From contig NC_058368.1 of assembly GCF_018350175.1 (NCBI RefSeq), positions 36,396,001 to 36,460,000 on the forward strand: 64,000 nucleotides of DNA, in the 5' to 3' direction. Below, one piece after another: positions 38,742-51,844 of the stretch. Position numbers and translations under genes: made by a program. The notes under the pieces are model-generated. The model made no database searches and had not been told where the DNA came from. It worked only from the letters and a program-made list of their open reading frames with translations. How positions within the stretch are numbered: position 1 is the first letter of the stretch; each line of letters opens with the position of its first letter. Origin of the DNA: Felis catus (taxonomy: Eukaryota).

Positions 38742-38958
38742 GTTTTTTTTTAATGTTTATATTTGATAGAGAGAGACACACACACACAAAGCATGAGCAA
38801 GGGAGGGGCAGAAGGAGAGGGATACACAGGATCTGAAGCAGGCTCCAGGCTCCAAGCTGTCAGCACCGAGCCCAACGTGGAGCTCAAACTCACAAGCGGT
38901 GAGATCATGACCTGAGCCAAAGTCTGTTGCTCCACTGACTGAGCCACCCACGCACCTC
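38742..38958 (-). mobile_element. Can-SINE
   Basis: Reverse body. TSD cttaacattctt. Confidence 0.93.
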
Positions 38959-38994
38959 CTTAACATTCTTGATTCATCATCTCTTTGTAAGAAC

Positions 38995-39707
38995 AGTTTT
39001 TCTCATAGCCAATAATTGGAAACAACCTAAGTGCTCATCAGTGATGAATAGGTAAAGATGTGGTGGATGTACATACAATGTAATGTTATTCAGCCTTAAA
39101 AAAAAGAAAGAAATCTGAGGTGCCAGGGTGGCTCAGGAGATTAAGCATCTGACTTCAGCCCAGGTCATAATCTCATGGTTTGTGGGTTCAGCCCTGTATT
39201 GGGATCTGTGCTGACAGCTCAGAGCCTGGAGCATGCTTCAGGTTCTGTGTCTCCCTCTCTCTCTGCCCCTCCCCTGCTCATGTTCTGTTCCTCTTCCTCT
39301 CTCTCAAAAATAAATAAACATTAAAAAAAAATTTTTTTTAAAGAAAGAAATCTTGCCATTTGGGACAACATGGTTAGACCTTGAAAGTATGCTGAATGAA
39401 ATAAGACAGATGGGGAAAGACAAATACTGTATGATTTCACTCATGTGTATAATGCAAACAACAACAAATGTACAAACAAAATAAAACAAAAACAAATTCA
39501 CAGACACAGAGAACAGATTTGCAGTTACCAGAAGGGATGGGGGATGGGTGGTGGGCCAAGTGAATGAAGGGAGTCATTTGCATGGTGATGGATGATAACT
39601 AGATTTATAGTGGGGATCACCTTGTAGTGCAGATGATGTCAAATTATAATGTTGTACACTTGAAAGTTATATAATACTATATATCCATTATACCTCAGTA
39701 AAAAAAT
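38995..39707 (+). mobile_element. L1 3' end (carnivore-type 3' UTR), interrupted by a Can-SINE
   Basis: atagccaataattggaaacaacctaagtg...aaatcttgccatttgggacaacatgg...agacaaatactgtatgatttcactc...tgtacacttgaaa. Confidence 0.88.
39118..39339 (+). mobile_element. Can-SINE inside the L1
   Basis: Head, (CT)n tract and tail. TSD aaagaaagaaatct. Confidence 0.93.
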
Positions 39708-39713
39708 AGCTGG

Positions 39714-39900
39714 GGGGCGCTTGGGTCATTCAGTTGGTTAAGCTAAGTCTCACTCTTGATTTCAGCTCAGGTCATGATCTCACAATTGTGAGATTGAGCC
39801 CCAAGTTGGGCTCCACACTGGGCAAGAAGCCTGCTTAAAATTCTCTCTGTCCCTCTGCCCCTCCCCCCTCAAAAATTAAATAATAAATTTCAAAAAAAGA
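39714..39900 (+). mobile_element. Can-SINE
   Basis: ggggcgcttgggtcattcagttggttaag...ctcaggtcatgatctcac, A-tail. Confidence 0.9.
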
Positions 39901-40613
39901 ATAAAAAAGAATAGTTTTTCTCTCATTATCTTTACTCTAGAGTGAACTTATTTGGATTTACTGATCATATCATAAGCTTATATAATTCTTCTTTTCAGGT
40001 ACCACCCTTTGGTATATTGCAAACCACGTGTTTAACTAAGTGTAGAGAATTATAAAATGAAGATAATAGGGTAGTTAATTTGAGCACAATAGGTACAAGT
40101 TAAGTTTTAACAGTCCTAGAGTATATTATCTCTTAAAGTAGTTACACTTACTCATTTAATCATAACATATTCAACCTGCTTTTAAATGACTGAAGACCAC
40201 CAACTTTTTCAATTTTGTTTCAGAAGTTAGAAAAATTTGTTTGAGAAGTCAAAACAGTAAAATAGAAAGGATTATATTAGTCAGTCTCTATGAAATGTAA
40301 CTCTCCAGGTCTGTACCTTACAAATGTTAATTCTGTTTATAACCAATGAATTATAATTCTACTTAGCAACACTCTCTCCTTTCCATTTTTAATTTCTAAA
40401 AGAAGGTATATTTAAGCAATTACTAGTAAATTGGAACATTTGTCGCTTATATTCACAGAAACTCACAGTAAAGAAAGTTACAACTAAGACGTGTAAAGTA
40501 GGTTCTTATGCATGTTTTGCAATCCATCTATTGGGCTCAAGAACTAAATGGCAGTGGGGGAGGGAGGGAACACAGGGACATAAAAAGTCCCATAGAAATA
40601 GACTATTTTATTC

Positions 40614-40818
40614 TTTTATTTAATGTTTATTTATTTTTGAGAGACAGAGGCAGACAGAGGGTGAGCAGGGGAGGGGCAGAGAGAGAGGGAGACACAGAAT
40701 CCAAAGCAGGTTCTGGGCTGTCAGCACAGCCCTGACACAGGGCTCGAACCCACGAACCAGGAGATCATGACCTGAGCCAAAGTCAGATGCCCAACCGACT
40801 GAGCCACCCAGGGGCCCC
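40614..40818 (-). mobile_element. Can-SINE
   Basis: Reverse body. TSD ctattttattct. Confidence 0.94.
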
Positions 40819-41536
40819 TATTTTATTCTCTTACAAAACCGTGTGATGGAACAAGAGTTCTGAGTCCCCATGCACTGACTGTTGTACTAACATATGGCTC
40901 TTCTTATACGGAAGGTCTGAATGCAAAAGTCTACTTGCTTTCTGCAGATGATTGAGATGCAGCTAAAGGATGAAATTATGAACTGGGCAAATCACTGTGG
41001 CCATTCTAGTTGTTTGGGAAAATCCTAACAATTTCATCCCTGCCCACAGGTGCAGATGCAGGCTTGCTTCTTACCCACAGGTCGCCTCCACTATGCACTC
41101 TACTGCATCATGGCCACTCTCTATGCTTTGCCTCCACAACCACTCCTTCATCTTTCATATGGTCTTGTGGCTGACCCATTAACTTCCCTTCTTCTCGTGC
41201 TCTCTGCTCAGTTCTATAGGTCCGTTCAACTCAGCTGAGCCTCAGGCCTTGATAGGCACCCAGCTTGGGTCAGTAAATATTTACTCAATCAAGTGTAATC
41301 TTAATAATGAGTTTTCACTTCTAAGATAATTTTTTAGTGTTTATAAACTTGTTGTTGATATAATTAATGTTGTTGATTGTTTCTCCCTGTTAAAATAATC
41401 TTGAATTTTGTGTATAAACCTGTTACTTAGAGTAAAATCTTTATTTACTGTGTTGTATTATCTTTAGCTTTTGCTATCATCTATATGTATCTGTTCTCTG
41501 ATTTACAATATTCAAGAAACTGGATACTCAGCATTT

Positions 41537-42063
41537 GCATTAGTTTCCTATTGCTGCTGTGACAAGTCAACACAAATTTAGTGGCTTAAAACAACACAAG
41601 TTTAATATCTTACAGTTCTGCTGGTCCAAAGACTGAAACGAGTCTCACGGGGCTAACGCCAAGGTGCCAGCAGATTGCATTCCTTCTGGAGGCTGCAGGA
41701 AAGAATCTACTCCTTGCCATTTCCAGCTTCTAGAGACTGCCTTTATTGATTGGTTTAGGGCTACATCACTCTTACCTCCGCTTTTGTCTTCACATCTTTT
41801 TTGACCATCCTGCCTTCTTCATACAAGGACCTTGTGATTACATTGGGTCCACTCAACTAATCCAGGGCAATCTTTCATCTCAAATTCCTTAGCTTAATCA
41901 AATCTGCAAAATTCCTTTTTCTCTGTAAGGTAATATATTCACAAATTCCAGGGATTAGGATATGGATATTTTGGGGGAGGACTTTATTTATTTATTATTA
42001 TTTATTATTTATTATTATTATTATTATTATTTATTTATTTTGGACTTTATTCAGGCTACCACA
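41537..42063 (-). mobile_element. MLT1B/C-like MaLR solo LTR
   Basis: tgcattagtttcctattgctgctgtgacaa...agtggcttaaaacaacacaa...tcttacagttctg...gattacattgggtcc...ggattaggatatggatatt. Confidence 0.88.
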
Positions 42064-42994
42064 AAATTCATTACTGTTGTACCAGGCAAGCAAAGAAATA
42101 TATAAAACTGAGACCAGATTCTAAAACATTCATTGAACTTTAATATCAAAAGACTGAAGTTGCATAGAAACAAAAGTTATTAAGGTATTCAATAATGAGA
42201 TTATGTGAAGTCTAGAGTTAATATAAAAATTAATAAACCGCAGGTTTAAGAAAAACCATAAATGCCATATCGGCTTGAAGCCAAGCTCTATCTAATCCAA
42301 TAACTACACAGAGATCATTTGTTTGATACTTTAAATTTCTAGAGTATCAAATTGGATATCCAAACATCCTCTTCAAGCCACTGTATTTTTTTTGTCATTT
42401 CTTTTTGGAAATACATACATGGTAAAAAAGAAATAAAAAATCAGAAAAGCCTGAAAGGTCTATAATGAAGAGTAAGTCTCCTCTTTATCTTTCTTCCTGT
42501 CACTCATGTTCTTTCAGAGGCAATCAACTCACTAGTTTTCTGTTTATTCTTCCAGGAATTACTTGATCATTTTAGTTGCTTCTTCCTTGAATCACTGAGG
42601 CATTGGGAAGTTAAACCATGCACACTGCTTGTTTATAAAACTGTCTCTATACCAGTTACATAGCCATTAGAAGTAATTTCTATTAATAATTGAGACCCCC
42701 TTTTCCACAATTTTTGGTGCTTACCATCCAATAAAGTATGTACTGCCTGATAATCTACAGTTATATCCTTTGGTATTTAGGTCCTTGATCACACTTTAAT
42801 ATTCTTTGTTCCCCAAAAGGAGCAACTATCATGTGGATGTCAAAGTATGGGCTCTCAAGAAAGCCCCTCAGCATAAAGTTTGGCTTTCCTGATTTCAAGT
42901 TGTTTGATTTTCTTGGTTGAATAATTAGTAAACTTTTGTTTTGCTCTCCCTGTGTGTGAATGGGTATAATAACAGTACATACTTCTTAGGGCTA

Positions 42995-43191
42995 TTTTTT
43001 TTTAACGTTTATTTCTTTTTGAGAGAGAAACAGAGAGCGGGCAAGGTGGGGGGAGAGAGAGAGGGAGACACAGAATCCAAAGCAGGCTCTGAGCTGTCAG
43101 CACAGAGCCCAACATGGGGCTGGAACTCACAAGCCATGGGATCATGACCTGAGCCAAAATCAGGCGCTTAACCGAACCACCCGGGCACCCC
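42995..43191 (-). mobile_element. Can-SINE inserted in a MIR
   Basis: Reverse body. The flanks read as MIR (tgggtataataacagtac ... cctgccatttactaagtg). Confidence 0.92.
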
Positions 43192-43963
43192 TCTTGGGGT
43201 CATTGTTAAACACTTCACAAAGCACCTGCCATTTACTAAGTGTTTAACAAACAATTGTACTTGTGAAGAACTCCAGTAAATGTGCAAGGATTATCTTCTT
43301 GCTTTTGTTTTATTTACCTTAGTTGCTAGTTCTACTTTTAACCAATTTGCCCAATATGGAAGAAAGATTACTGGCCTAACATTCTTGAAGTTAGCACTAG
43401 GATCTTCCTTACGGATAGTAACAACTAATGTTCATTGAGGATCCTTAATTGTGTACCCGACTCTGTGCCCATGTGCTCTTGTTGCGTTTACTTTCTTGAG
43501 CTTCTCAGCAACCTGTGGAGTAAGTGGTGTTATTGCCAGCATCCTCGTTTGAAGGGTGGCTTTCCAAGGATTAGAGAGTGTGCAACATTTCCCTAACTAG
43601 TTAGGGACAGAGCCAGAATTTGAACCCAGAATTTGACCGTTCACTTAATTATTAAGTTATACATCTTCCGACGACAGTGGTTACCCTGGCATTTCACTAA
43701 TCCTCAGACCTTCGCTCCCTCTTTCTTTTTTAGAAAGAATAAGCATTTATTGAATGCCTGTCATGTGCCAAGTACTCTCATGGGCAATAGGTGTACAAAG
43801 GTAATAACAGTGTGACTGCTCTCAGGCTCACAGTGGCTAACAGCAACAAGTCACAGATTCTGAACTACCATTATCCAATTATTACTAACTTGAGGCTAGT
43901 ACATGTAGCTGCCAGTATTTGATATATTACCAGCGACTTCTCTATTTCAAAAGTCAATATGGA

Positions 43964-44159
43964 AGGGCACCTGGGTGGCTCAGTTGGTTAGGCATCTGAC
44001 TCTTGATTTCAGCTCAGGTCATGATCTCAGGGTCGTGAGATCGATTTCCATGTGGGGCTCTGCACTGGGTGTGGAACCTGCTTAAGGTTCTTTCTCTCTC
44101 TCTACCCCTCCCTCCTTTACATGTGCACACTCTCTCTCTCTCAAAATAAGAAGAAAAAT
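43964..44159 (+). mobile_element. Can-SINE
   Basis: Head gggcacctgggtggctcagttggtt. TSD agtcaatatgga / agacaatatgga. Confidence 0.93.
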
Positions 44160-44349
44160 AGACAATATGGAAATGAGAATTTCCCTCAATGTCTTTCTCT
44201 GACTGAAGCAAACAACTCATTATTCTCTCTCTACTCTTCTCTGTACATGTTGTACATTGTGGTTATTAAGTGCCTATCTAGCAAGATTCCTACTTTTCAA
44301 TATTTAAAAACTTGTCCTTGATACTTTACATTTGTATTAGTATTTTAAA

Positions 44350-44570
44350 ATTAAAAATTCCATTTTGACATAGTTGCAGATTCACATGTACACTGTACCC
44401 ACTTTCCCCAATGGCAACATCTTGCAAAACAATAGTACAATATCAAAAGGATATTTACATATTAGCATTGACCAGTCCATTGACTTATACAAATTTCCCG
44501 TTTCACTGGTACTCATGTGTGTGTGTGCGTGTGTGTGTGTGTGTGTGTGTGCGCACTTCTTATACATCAT
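44350..44570 (-). mobile_element. Old L1M 3' UTR fragment with (TG)n
   Basis: gcagattcacatg...cccactttccccaatggcaacatcttgcaaaacaatagtacaatatca motif. Confidence 0.65.
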
Positions 44571-45806
44571 TGAGATTTTAAGTCAAGGTTAGTGCTGGAT
44601 ATTTTTTTCCTCACATAATTTTATTTTTACCTGATCTTCCCCTTGAGCAATCTTTACATTTTAAAAGAAATGCTCTATCCCTTTCTGTGATAGCATCTTT
44701 GACATTACATTATTTTAGACATTGCAATCAACCATGAAGAATTTTTTTCTTCCAGAAATCTGGTCTTTTTAATTCATGCCACACATTTTCTTGAGCCTCC
44801 AGTGAGTTATTTTTAAATTATCTGCAGAAAGCCTGTGGCTTATTTCCTCTAAATTAATCCATGAATTTTTTCCTAATAAATGCATTTATTTTATTACATT
44901 TGTAAAATGAAGTAAATGTGCTGTAGTTTTTTGGGTTTTCCCCTGAGTTGAATCATATTGTGATAGCCCATGTAACAGCAGTGTACTTTCAAATTTTCTA
45001 TAGATAGAACTTCTTATTCTTCCTTCCAAATCTAATATAATTTATTTTTTTCTGGGCACTAACATCACCTATTCTAAAAATCTGAGTACTGAGTAATTTA
45101 TCCCTCACAGAAACTAATCCTCAAAATCTCATTCACATGAGGTGTTGTCAGTGTGTTTTACAGCACTCCAATCTTTCTGAGTTCTCTGTAGTTTGTAGCT
45201 TGGCTTATATCAAGTTGGTTTTTCTCTTTCTGCCCAAGGTGTTAAGATGAAAATGAAAGCAAAATGATCACCTTCGATTCCATTTCAATGAAACGTAATC
45301 ATTATACTTTGAATTCTAATCTCCCCATTTTGATTTTAGAATCTATTGTTTTAAGTAGGTAATTTTCACCATGTAATAGGAAGAGATAGGAACCCCAAAT
45401 CTCTTGATTCATCAAACAACAACTTACTGCTCCACAGAGTCACAGGGGCATTACATAACATACCCTAGTACTCCAAAGGACTGCACTGTTTAAATTGCAG
45501 TGAGGTGAGGTTCCCACACTGGAGATACCTACCCTCAGGCTCTACCTTGACACAGTAGTCACAGTGAGGGAAAGAGAGTGGAGAAAGCCAGCCCAGTGAC
45601 ATAGGAAGGAAGAATGACGGTCTCATTTGAATTCTATTGACTATGTCTTTGCAATTTCCACCAAATTGTCCACTTCTGATAGCAAGACTTAAATTGTGTA
45701 CACTTGGGACTCCACTTTGCTCTTGACTCTTTTCACAAGTTGGAGTGAATGGGTTAGGGAAGAGCTCTGGTTTCCCATAGAAGTCAGTAACACACTGGAC
45801 TATTAT

Positions 45807-45992
45807 TATTATTTTTTAAATCTTTATTCATTTTTTTGGGGGGGTGAGGGGCAGAGAGAGAGAGAGAGAGGGAGACAGAGGATCTGAAGCAGGCTCTGTG
45901 CTGTTAACATGCAGGGCTCAAACTCATGAACTGCACGATCATGACCTGAGTCAAAGTCGGACCCTTAACCAACTGAGCCACCTAGGCACCCC
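45807..45992 (-). mobile_element. Can-SINE
   Basis: Reverse body. TSD ctggactatta. Confidence 0.92.
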
Positions 45993-47008
45993 TGGACTAT
46001 TAAAATTTTTAAGTGTCAATTTTTAAGTGTTCTCCATTTCACATTGCTTGTGTATGCATAGCTTCAAAACCTTAGGCTTTTGGCCCATTAAGTACTGCAA
46101 ACTTTGAATTTTGAACTGTCCTCAGGGTTTTCAGAATCATTTGTTAGTCTCACTATTTTGATACCCACCAGAGAAAATATCCAACCTGCTATGGAACAGG
46201 ATCATTAACCGAAGCAGCCACTATGAGAAGGAAAGTGCATAATGTTATAAATGAAGTCACTGCCATGAAATAATACAGATGTATTCTTTTCAGTGAATTC
46301 TGTGCAAAAACACCCAGTCAAGCTGAGACTTCCCTGATTATGTACAGGGAATGTATTTCAGAATATCACCAGCTGGGTTTTTCAGTGGTTTAAAAGCTGC
46401 TGTGCTGTAGCATTCCAGAATAAAATAAGCAAATACCACCTACCAACCAGTCAAGTTTTTGATGCAACATCCCTTTACTTCAAAGCTTATAATGAAATTG
46501 AGTTTCACTGCTTTTTCATTCCAATTTGCAAGTCCTGTGAATAACTACTCTAAAATAATTGCAATTTAGGAATGTTCAGGAACCGGTGAGAAATTGATAG
46601 TGACTGTTTTATGCTTAGCCAAAAGATACTGAGTAAAAATGTAAAGGAAGAACTTGCTGTGTTTAGAAGAGAAGAACCATATGATAGGGAGGCAAAGAGC
46701 CAGAACATGATTTTCCATGATTACCAGAGTAATTTAAAATTTTCTTTAATTTTCAGTGGGATTGAACCCTCAGAGAAATGAGGTCTCATTGCCTGGCGAA
46801 TTGATAGAGGCTCCAAATCAGATTTGATACGGTTTTTTCCTATAACGCCAGTCATTGATGATGACTCTCTGGTGAAACAGTCATTTTGATAAGAGATTTT
46901 TTTTTTAATTCAGCAGATAATCTAGATATTTCAAAATCCAGGATAATAGGAAGAATTTTTTACTTTGCATTCAAATGGATAAAATTTTATTGATATTTAT
47001 TTTGAAGG

Positions 47009-47964
47009 TATGTGCGGATCCAAGTTCTGTGTGTCCTGAAGCTGACATAATTTGGGAGAGAGGCTTCTTCAAGAAAAAAAAATATAATATTATAAATATA
47101 AAATCTGGTAAGAAAGTATTTATTTAGAAAGATACTAATCACAACAAATTACAAATCCCAAAAGTTTGAAAAGCTAAGATGCAGAAAATTAACAAAATTC
47201 TTGTGATTGATGAACTTCCTGATACATCACTATAATACTTTTCCCCTATATTTTTAGCTGCATACTCATCGTCTCTCTATATAACAATAATTTCAGAATA
47301 TATTTTTGATCCAGAGAATAGAAAGATAATTCAGGCTTTTCTTTAGCATAGTTAACTTATGCTTGCTTATTTTCTTACTGAAAGTTTAGAAAATATTCAG
47401 CTTCACAACACCTTGTTGATGAAGCCCGTGTATGATTTTAATATTCTTGCTAAATTTGGGGAAACTTCTTTCAAAGTTTCTTTCATATGTTAGTTATAGG
47501 ATTTCAGGACATTTCAAGATCTCCCAGGCAGTGACTGTTCTGATGGCACTCATTAACCAATGTATCACTAATGTCCTTGTATCACCATGCTGGGTGGGCC
47601 TGCACAGTGGCATGTAGGAAGATTCCTGAAGGTCATTCCTGCTCTGGCACAGCTAGCAATAACAACTATCTAGGGAAGTGCCTACAAGCTACATCAATAT
47701 ATGCCACCAAATCCAGGCTAAAAGTACCCCCAACTCAGTTCCCATTAACCAAATCCCTAAAATACCTGCAGAGTACAAAGAGACAGTAGTTTTAACTGAT
47801 TGTGATTAAATTATCCCCCCCCTTCTTTTTTTTTTTTTTTTTTTGCAAGTTTTACAAAACAGGCACAATAAATCCATTTCTACCTCAAGGAAAGGGAACT
47901 TAAAGCCGGAGGAGTAGATGGAGCCTTTTAGTTAATTTTTCTGTTTCCTGAGAAATGCCCTCTG
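47009..47964 (-). mobile_element. Arthur1/MER69-like hAT-Tip100 DNA transposon with a transposase C-terminal remnant
   Basis: Termini gcggatccaagttctgtgtgtcctgaagct and ...aaatgccctctg. The minus strand at 47300-47407 reads CEAE/FSKLS/TMLKKSLNYLSILWIKN, the hAT dimerisation motif, with frameshifts. Confidence 0.75.
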
Positions 47965-49059
47965 ATCCCTCCATGAGTATGGGTCTATCCCTAGCACAGA
48001 TCAAGAACAAATGGTCCCTGGATTTCTAGATCCTATGAAGTGCTTGTTTTTTTCTTAAGATATAAATTTGGTGCCTAATTTCTTTCCTTCTTGCCCGGCA
48101 CGAATTCTCTGCCGTTCTCTGTTCAAACTATAGACTTTCTGAGACTACCAGTTGAGTTCTGATAGTTCAGAAAACAACCAGGGAATTTATCTGACCCTCA
48201 TGTAGGGGGACAAGGCATTCCTTATGAAAATGAGAATGGGAAGATAAGATATACTATTGAAAAAAGAGAAAAATAAAATGCAACATTTTTGTACAGTGAA
48301 AGATCAAATATATTATTTTATGTTATAGATCATTAAATGTAAGAAACAGATATATTAATTTATGTCTGGATTACAATTTACTGGTGTCTGTCAATACTTA
48401 ATTGTCTTATGTAAATCAAGCTTTGTCATAATCAAGATCCCATGCTCTTTCAAGACATATTTAATTGAACTTATGACTTAAAAAGAAGTCACTGGTATTG
48501 TTGCAATAATTTGGCAAAGTGGGAGTTTCCAGTACAATTTTGATTTGAAGGACAACAAAAAGTTGGCTTGCTTCAAAATATTTCTATATGAGATGACAAA
48601 AGGGATTTAATGGAGCATGTCCTTATCCTATTACGATAATATAAATTATTTAATTATAAGAGCTATTTGTCATCTTGATTTCTGTAAAGAAATGTTTGAG
48701 GGTCAATAAAATCGAATGGAACACAGTGGAGACAAGATCTTGATGGCAGCAGAATTTTTTGATCATAGATGACAGGGCTGGGGTTGTGTCACAGAACCTA
48801 GCTACTGCAGAAATCTCAATTTTTCAATTTGATTTAGTAAACATAAAATATGCACATATTTGTTTTATGCATTGATTTTCTGGACTTTGTGAAAAGGAGG
48901 CAAACAGAATAAAGTAATCAGAATTCTATCTTTTTTTAATGTGATTTGATTTTGGGGGGAAATGATAGTATGCCATTTAATTAAAAAAGCAGATTGTGGC
49001 TAAAGGAATCTAAGGGAATCTGAGGAAGCATAAGTATTAAATGATAAAACTTCTATCAA

Positions 49060-50150
49060 CTTAGTGCAGATTTTTTCTCTTTAAGTAAGCTAGAAGAAGC
49101 ACTTGAAATGGCTCTGAGGGGTAAAACATCCAATCTAAACTGGCTAAATAATCTATTGGCTCATACAATCCACTTTCTTCAAGTTAGCCTTGATCCAGGT
49201 ACTAAAATCAGTTTACCTCTTTCAACCATGCTGTTCATTGTGGTGCATCATTTTTTGGCTCCAACTGGTGCTTCTGAATCTCTAATTTTGTATCTTTCAA
49301 GTTTCAAATACAAAATAAAAGAGAAAATGTCCTTGCTCATAACTCCAGCAAAAATCCTAGATTTCGTTCTTACTTGACCTTACTGTCCATCTTGATTACT
49401 CTCTAGAAGAAAGCAGTGGTCTGATTGGCCAGGCCTGAGTCACACAGCTCTCTGCAGAAAGGAAGATCAAATTGTACCTTGACCCATATGGATGAGAGTG
49501 GGAGAGAAGCAGGGACCCCAAAACAATCCAAATACAATACAATCCAAATACAGTACTGTTAGCAAAAGAAGGATAATGACTGTTAGAGAAAATCAAGTGG
49601 AATCTACCCTTGGGTGACTCAACACTAATACGTATCTTTCTTCACATACACAAACTTCCAAACATACCTTAGTTTGGCACATAATCACGTGCACATCCAC
49701 AAGTGCTCCTGCCCTTCCCAAAGGAAGATGGCTCAGCATTTGGTCCAGTTACTCCATCTTACTCTAAATTTAAGATAATTGGATGATGCATGTTTTCAAA
49801 TAGGTCTGGATATAACACTCATGGCCTGAGAATCTATGGATAAATGCAAACCCTAATCACTTTCAATGTACTCATAATGTATCTGCTGATTGAAATTGAC
49901 TTATTTTGACTTAGAACGCTTACAGAGAGGAGGATAGAATAGGAAACAACTGAGAGTGGTCACTGATTCCGTATCATAACCTGCAAGTAAGGAACAATAT
50001 GGACATTTTGCTTGGAAAGTAAAGGAAAATCCTTGGTCCGTCTGGCTGCCTCTGGTCCTTTCCTCTGGAAGGATCTCCCTAGACTAGTATCCTCCACAGA
50101 TAATGAGCATTAGGAAAGAATCTTCTTCTGGTGGATGTATGTCTTTTAGC
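49060..50150 (-). mobile_element. Old MaLR/ERVL LTR with adjoining internal sequence
   Basis: aatctaaactggctaaa...tattggctcatacaa and ctgattggccaggcctgagtcac, then MLT-int-like cccttcccaaaggaaga...ccagttactccatc. Confidence 0.45.
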
Positions 50151-50329
50151 AGTCCACTTCTAACCGGGGCAAAGAAGGCAGGGTTGTAAGAGCCAATAGT
50201 GTATTCAGTGGCACACTGACAGCTTGAAATGGCCATGGTGGGAGTATTTATACCACAGAAATCAGTAAATGCCATGAATCATTGTCCCCATCCCTCCTGC
50301 CAGTTTTACCATTTATCAGAACATCACTG
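50150..50329. mobile_element. MER63-like hAT-Blackjack element
   Basis: agcttgaaatggccatggtgggagtatttataccacagaaatcagtaaatg...atttatcagaacatcactg. Confidence 0.75.
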
Positions 50330-51676
50330 AGAGAAGGTCCAAGGATTCCTTAGGATTTAAGGGTTGAGAAATCACCAACTTTTATTTACTAAGTCTGAAA
50401 TTTCTGAGAAAGCAATACAATTTAAGAATTTAGTTGGCTCTGAGTTTGCAATTCCATGGGTTAATCACCAAATCTGTTTATCTTGTTAAATTAGAGTCTT
50501 TCCACTCAGAATCTGGGCACGGAATTTGTATGTCTTAGCAACCACCTTCAGTTTCTTCATTTGCCCAGACCTCAGAGTCAAGGCCTTTATCTTGGCCTTT
50601 GTCTCACAGTACAGTGAACATATGGTCTGCAAGTGAAGAGGTAACAACTCAGCAGCTTTTAGCCCCCGAGCTGCAAGCCCACTGAATATTTGCAATTAGA
50701 ATAATTACCCCCTTTTTGCAAGAAGAGAAGTCATAACAAGAGATGCTAGGTAGGAATCTGAGCATTAGATATTTTTAAGTGCCGATCTCATCTCATGCTA
50801 GGCTTTCCACCTCCTGCTTTGTTTGCATTTCTCTGGTTTGGTGCAGAGAATTTTGTTTTTCCAATATTGCAAATCTTCAGATCATTGACCTCTCAGGCAT
50901 CCTGGATTATAGGGCATTGGCAAAGAGTGCTTCCCTGAGCATATTCTTGTGGGAGAAAAATCAAGAGGATGGTATCCTGCAATCTGAATGAAGAATGTGT
51001 ATCAGGGAGAAAGAAGTACTCAACTGTGCTCAATGTCAAGGCTGTTAGATTAATGTACTAAATCCCAAGGCTGGATAGGCCAAAAAAGAGTGAGGAGGAA
51101 AGACTGAGCATTGGATTTGACAATGTGGACGTCTATGATGACCTTGATAAGAGCAGTTTCGATGACATAATGGGGCAAAATGGAGTAGGTTTAGGTGAGA
51201 ATGGAAGAGGGGAATTGGAGAAAATGAGTCTTTGGTGGTATTTTGCTGCCAAGAAGAGCTTTGACAATTATTTCTATCCCTATTAAGTTTTTGATTGCAT
51301 GTCCCTGAATATATTTCCTTTGATAAAAAAGGTGTTTTTCTACTTGATCCTTCAGATTCTAGTAACTACACTAGTGAGCCCTAATTTATGACCACCTGAT
51401 GACACCCATGGATATTACAAGAATGAGTGAAAAAAATCCTACTTTTTTTCAGTTGGTCAACGGTATAAGGAAGTTATTAGCTAGGGTTATTGGTTGAGAA
51501 TTTGTGATAGCTTATATATCTATTGACTTGAATTGCTCAGGATTCCTGAGTTCTCCTTTAACTCATTCACCATCAAATTTACCAAGAGACAGTTGCCTAA
51601 TTTCCCATATATATGTGTATATGCACATATAAAATTTTTTCATTACTAACATGAAGATTAAAAGAATATCTATACT

Positions 51677-51844
51677 GGGTACTTGGGTGGCTCAGTCGGT
51701 GAAGCGACTGACTCCTGATTTCAGCTCAGGTCATGATCTCACGGTCTGAGGATTGAGCCCTGTGTCAGGTTCCATGCTAAGCATGGCACCTACTTGAGAT
51801 TCTCTGTCTCTCTCCCTCTGCCCCTTTCAAAAAAAAAAAAAAAA
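51677..51844 (+). mobile_element. Can-SINE
   Basis: Head, (CT)n tract, pure poly(A). TSD aaaagaatatctatac. Confidence 0.93.

Noticed and set aside
42322..42363. Small hairpin tttgatact...agtatcaaa followed by the palindrome ttggatatccaa
   Set aside because: Too short for a pre-miRNA, AT-rich and isolated, so compatible with chance.
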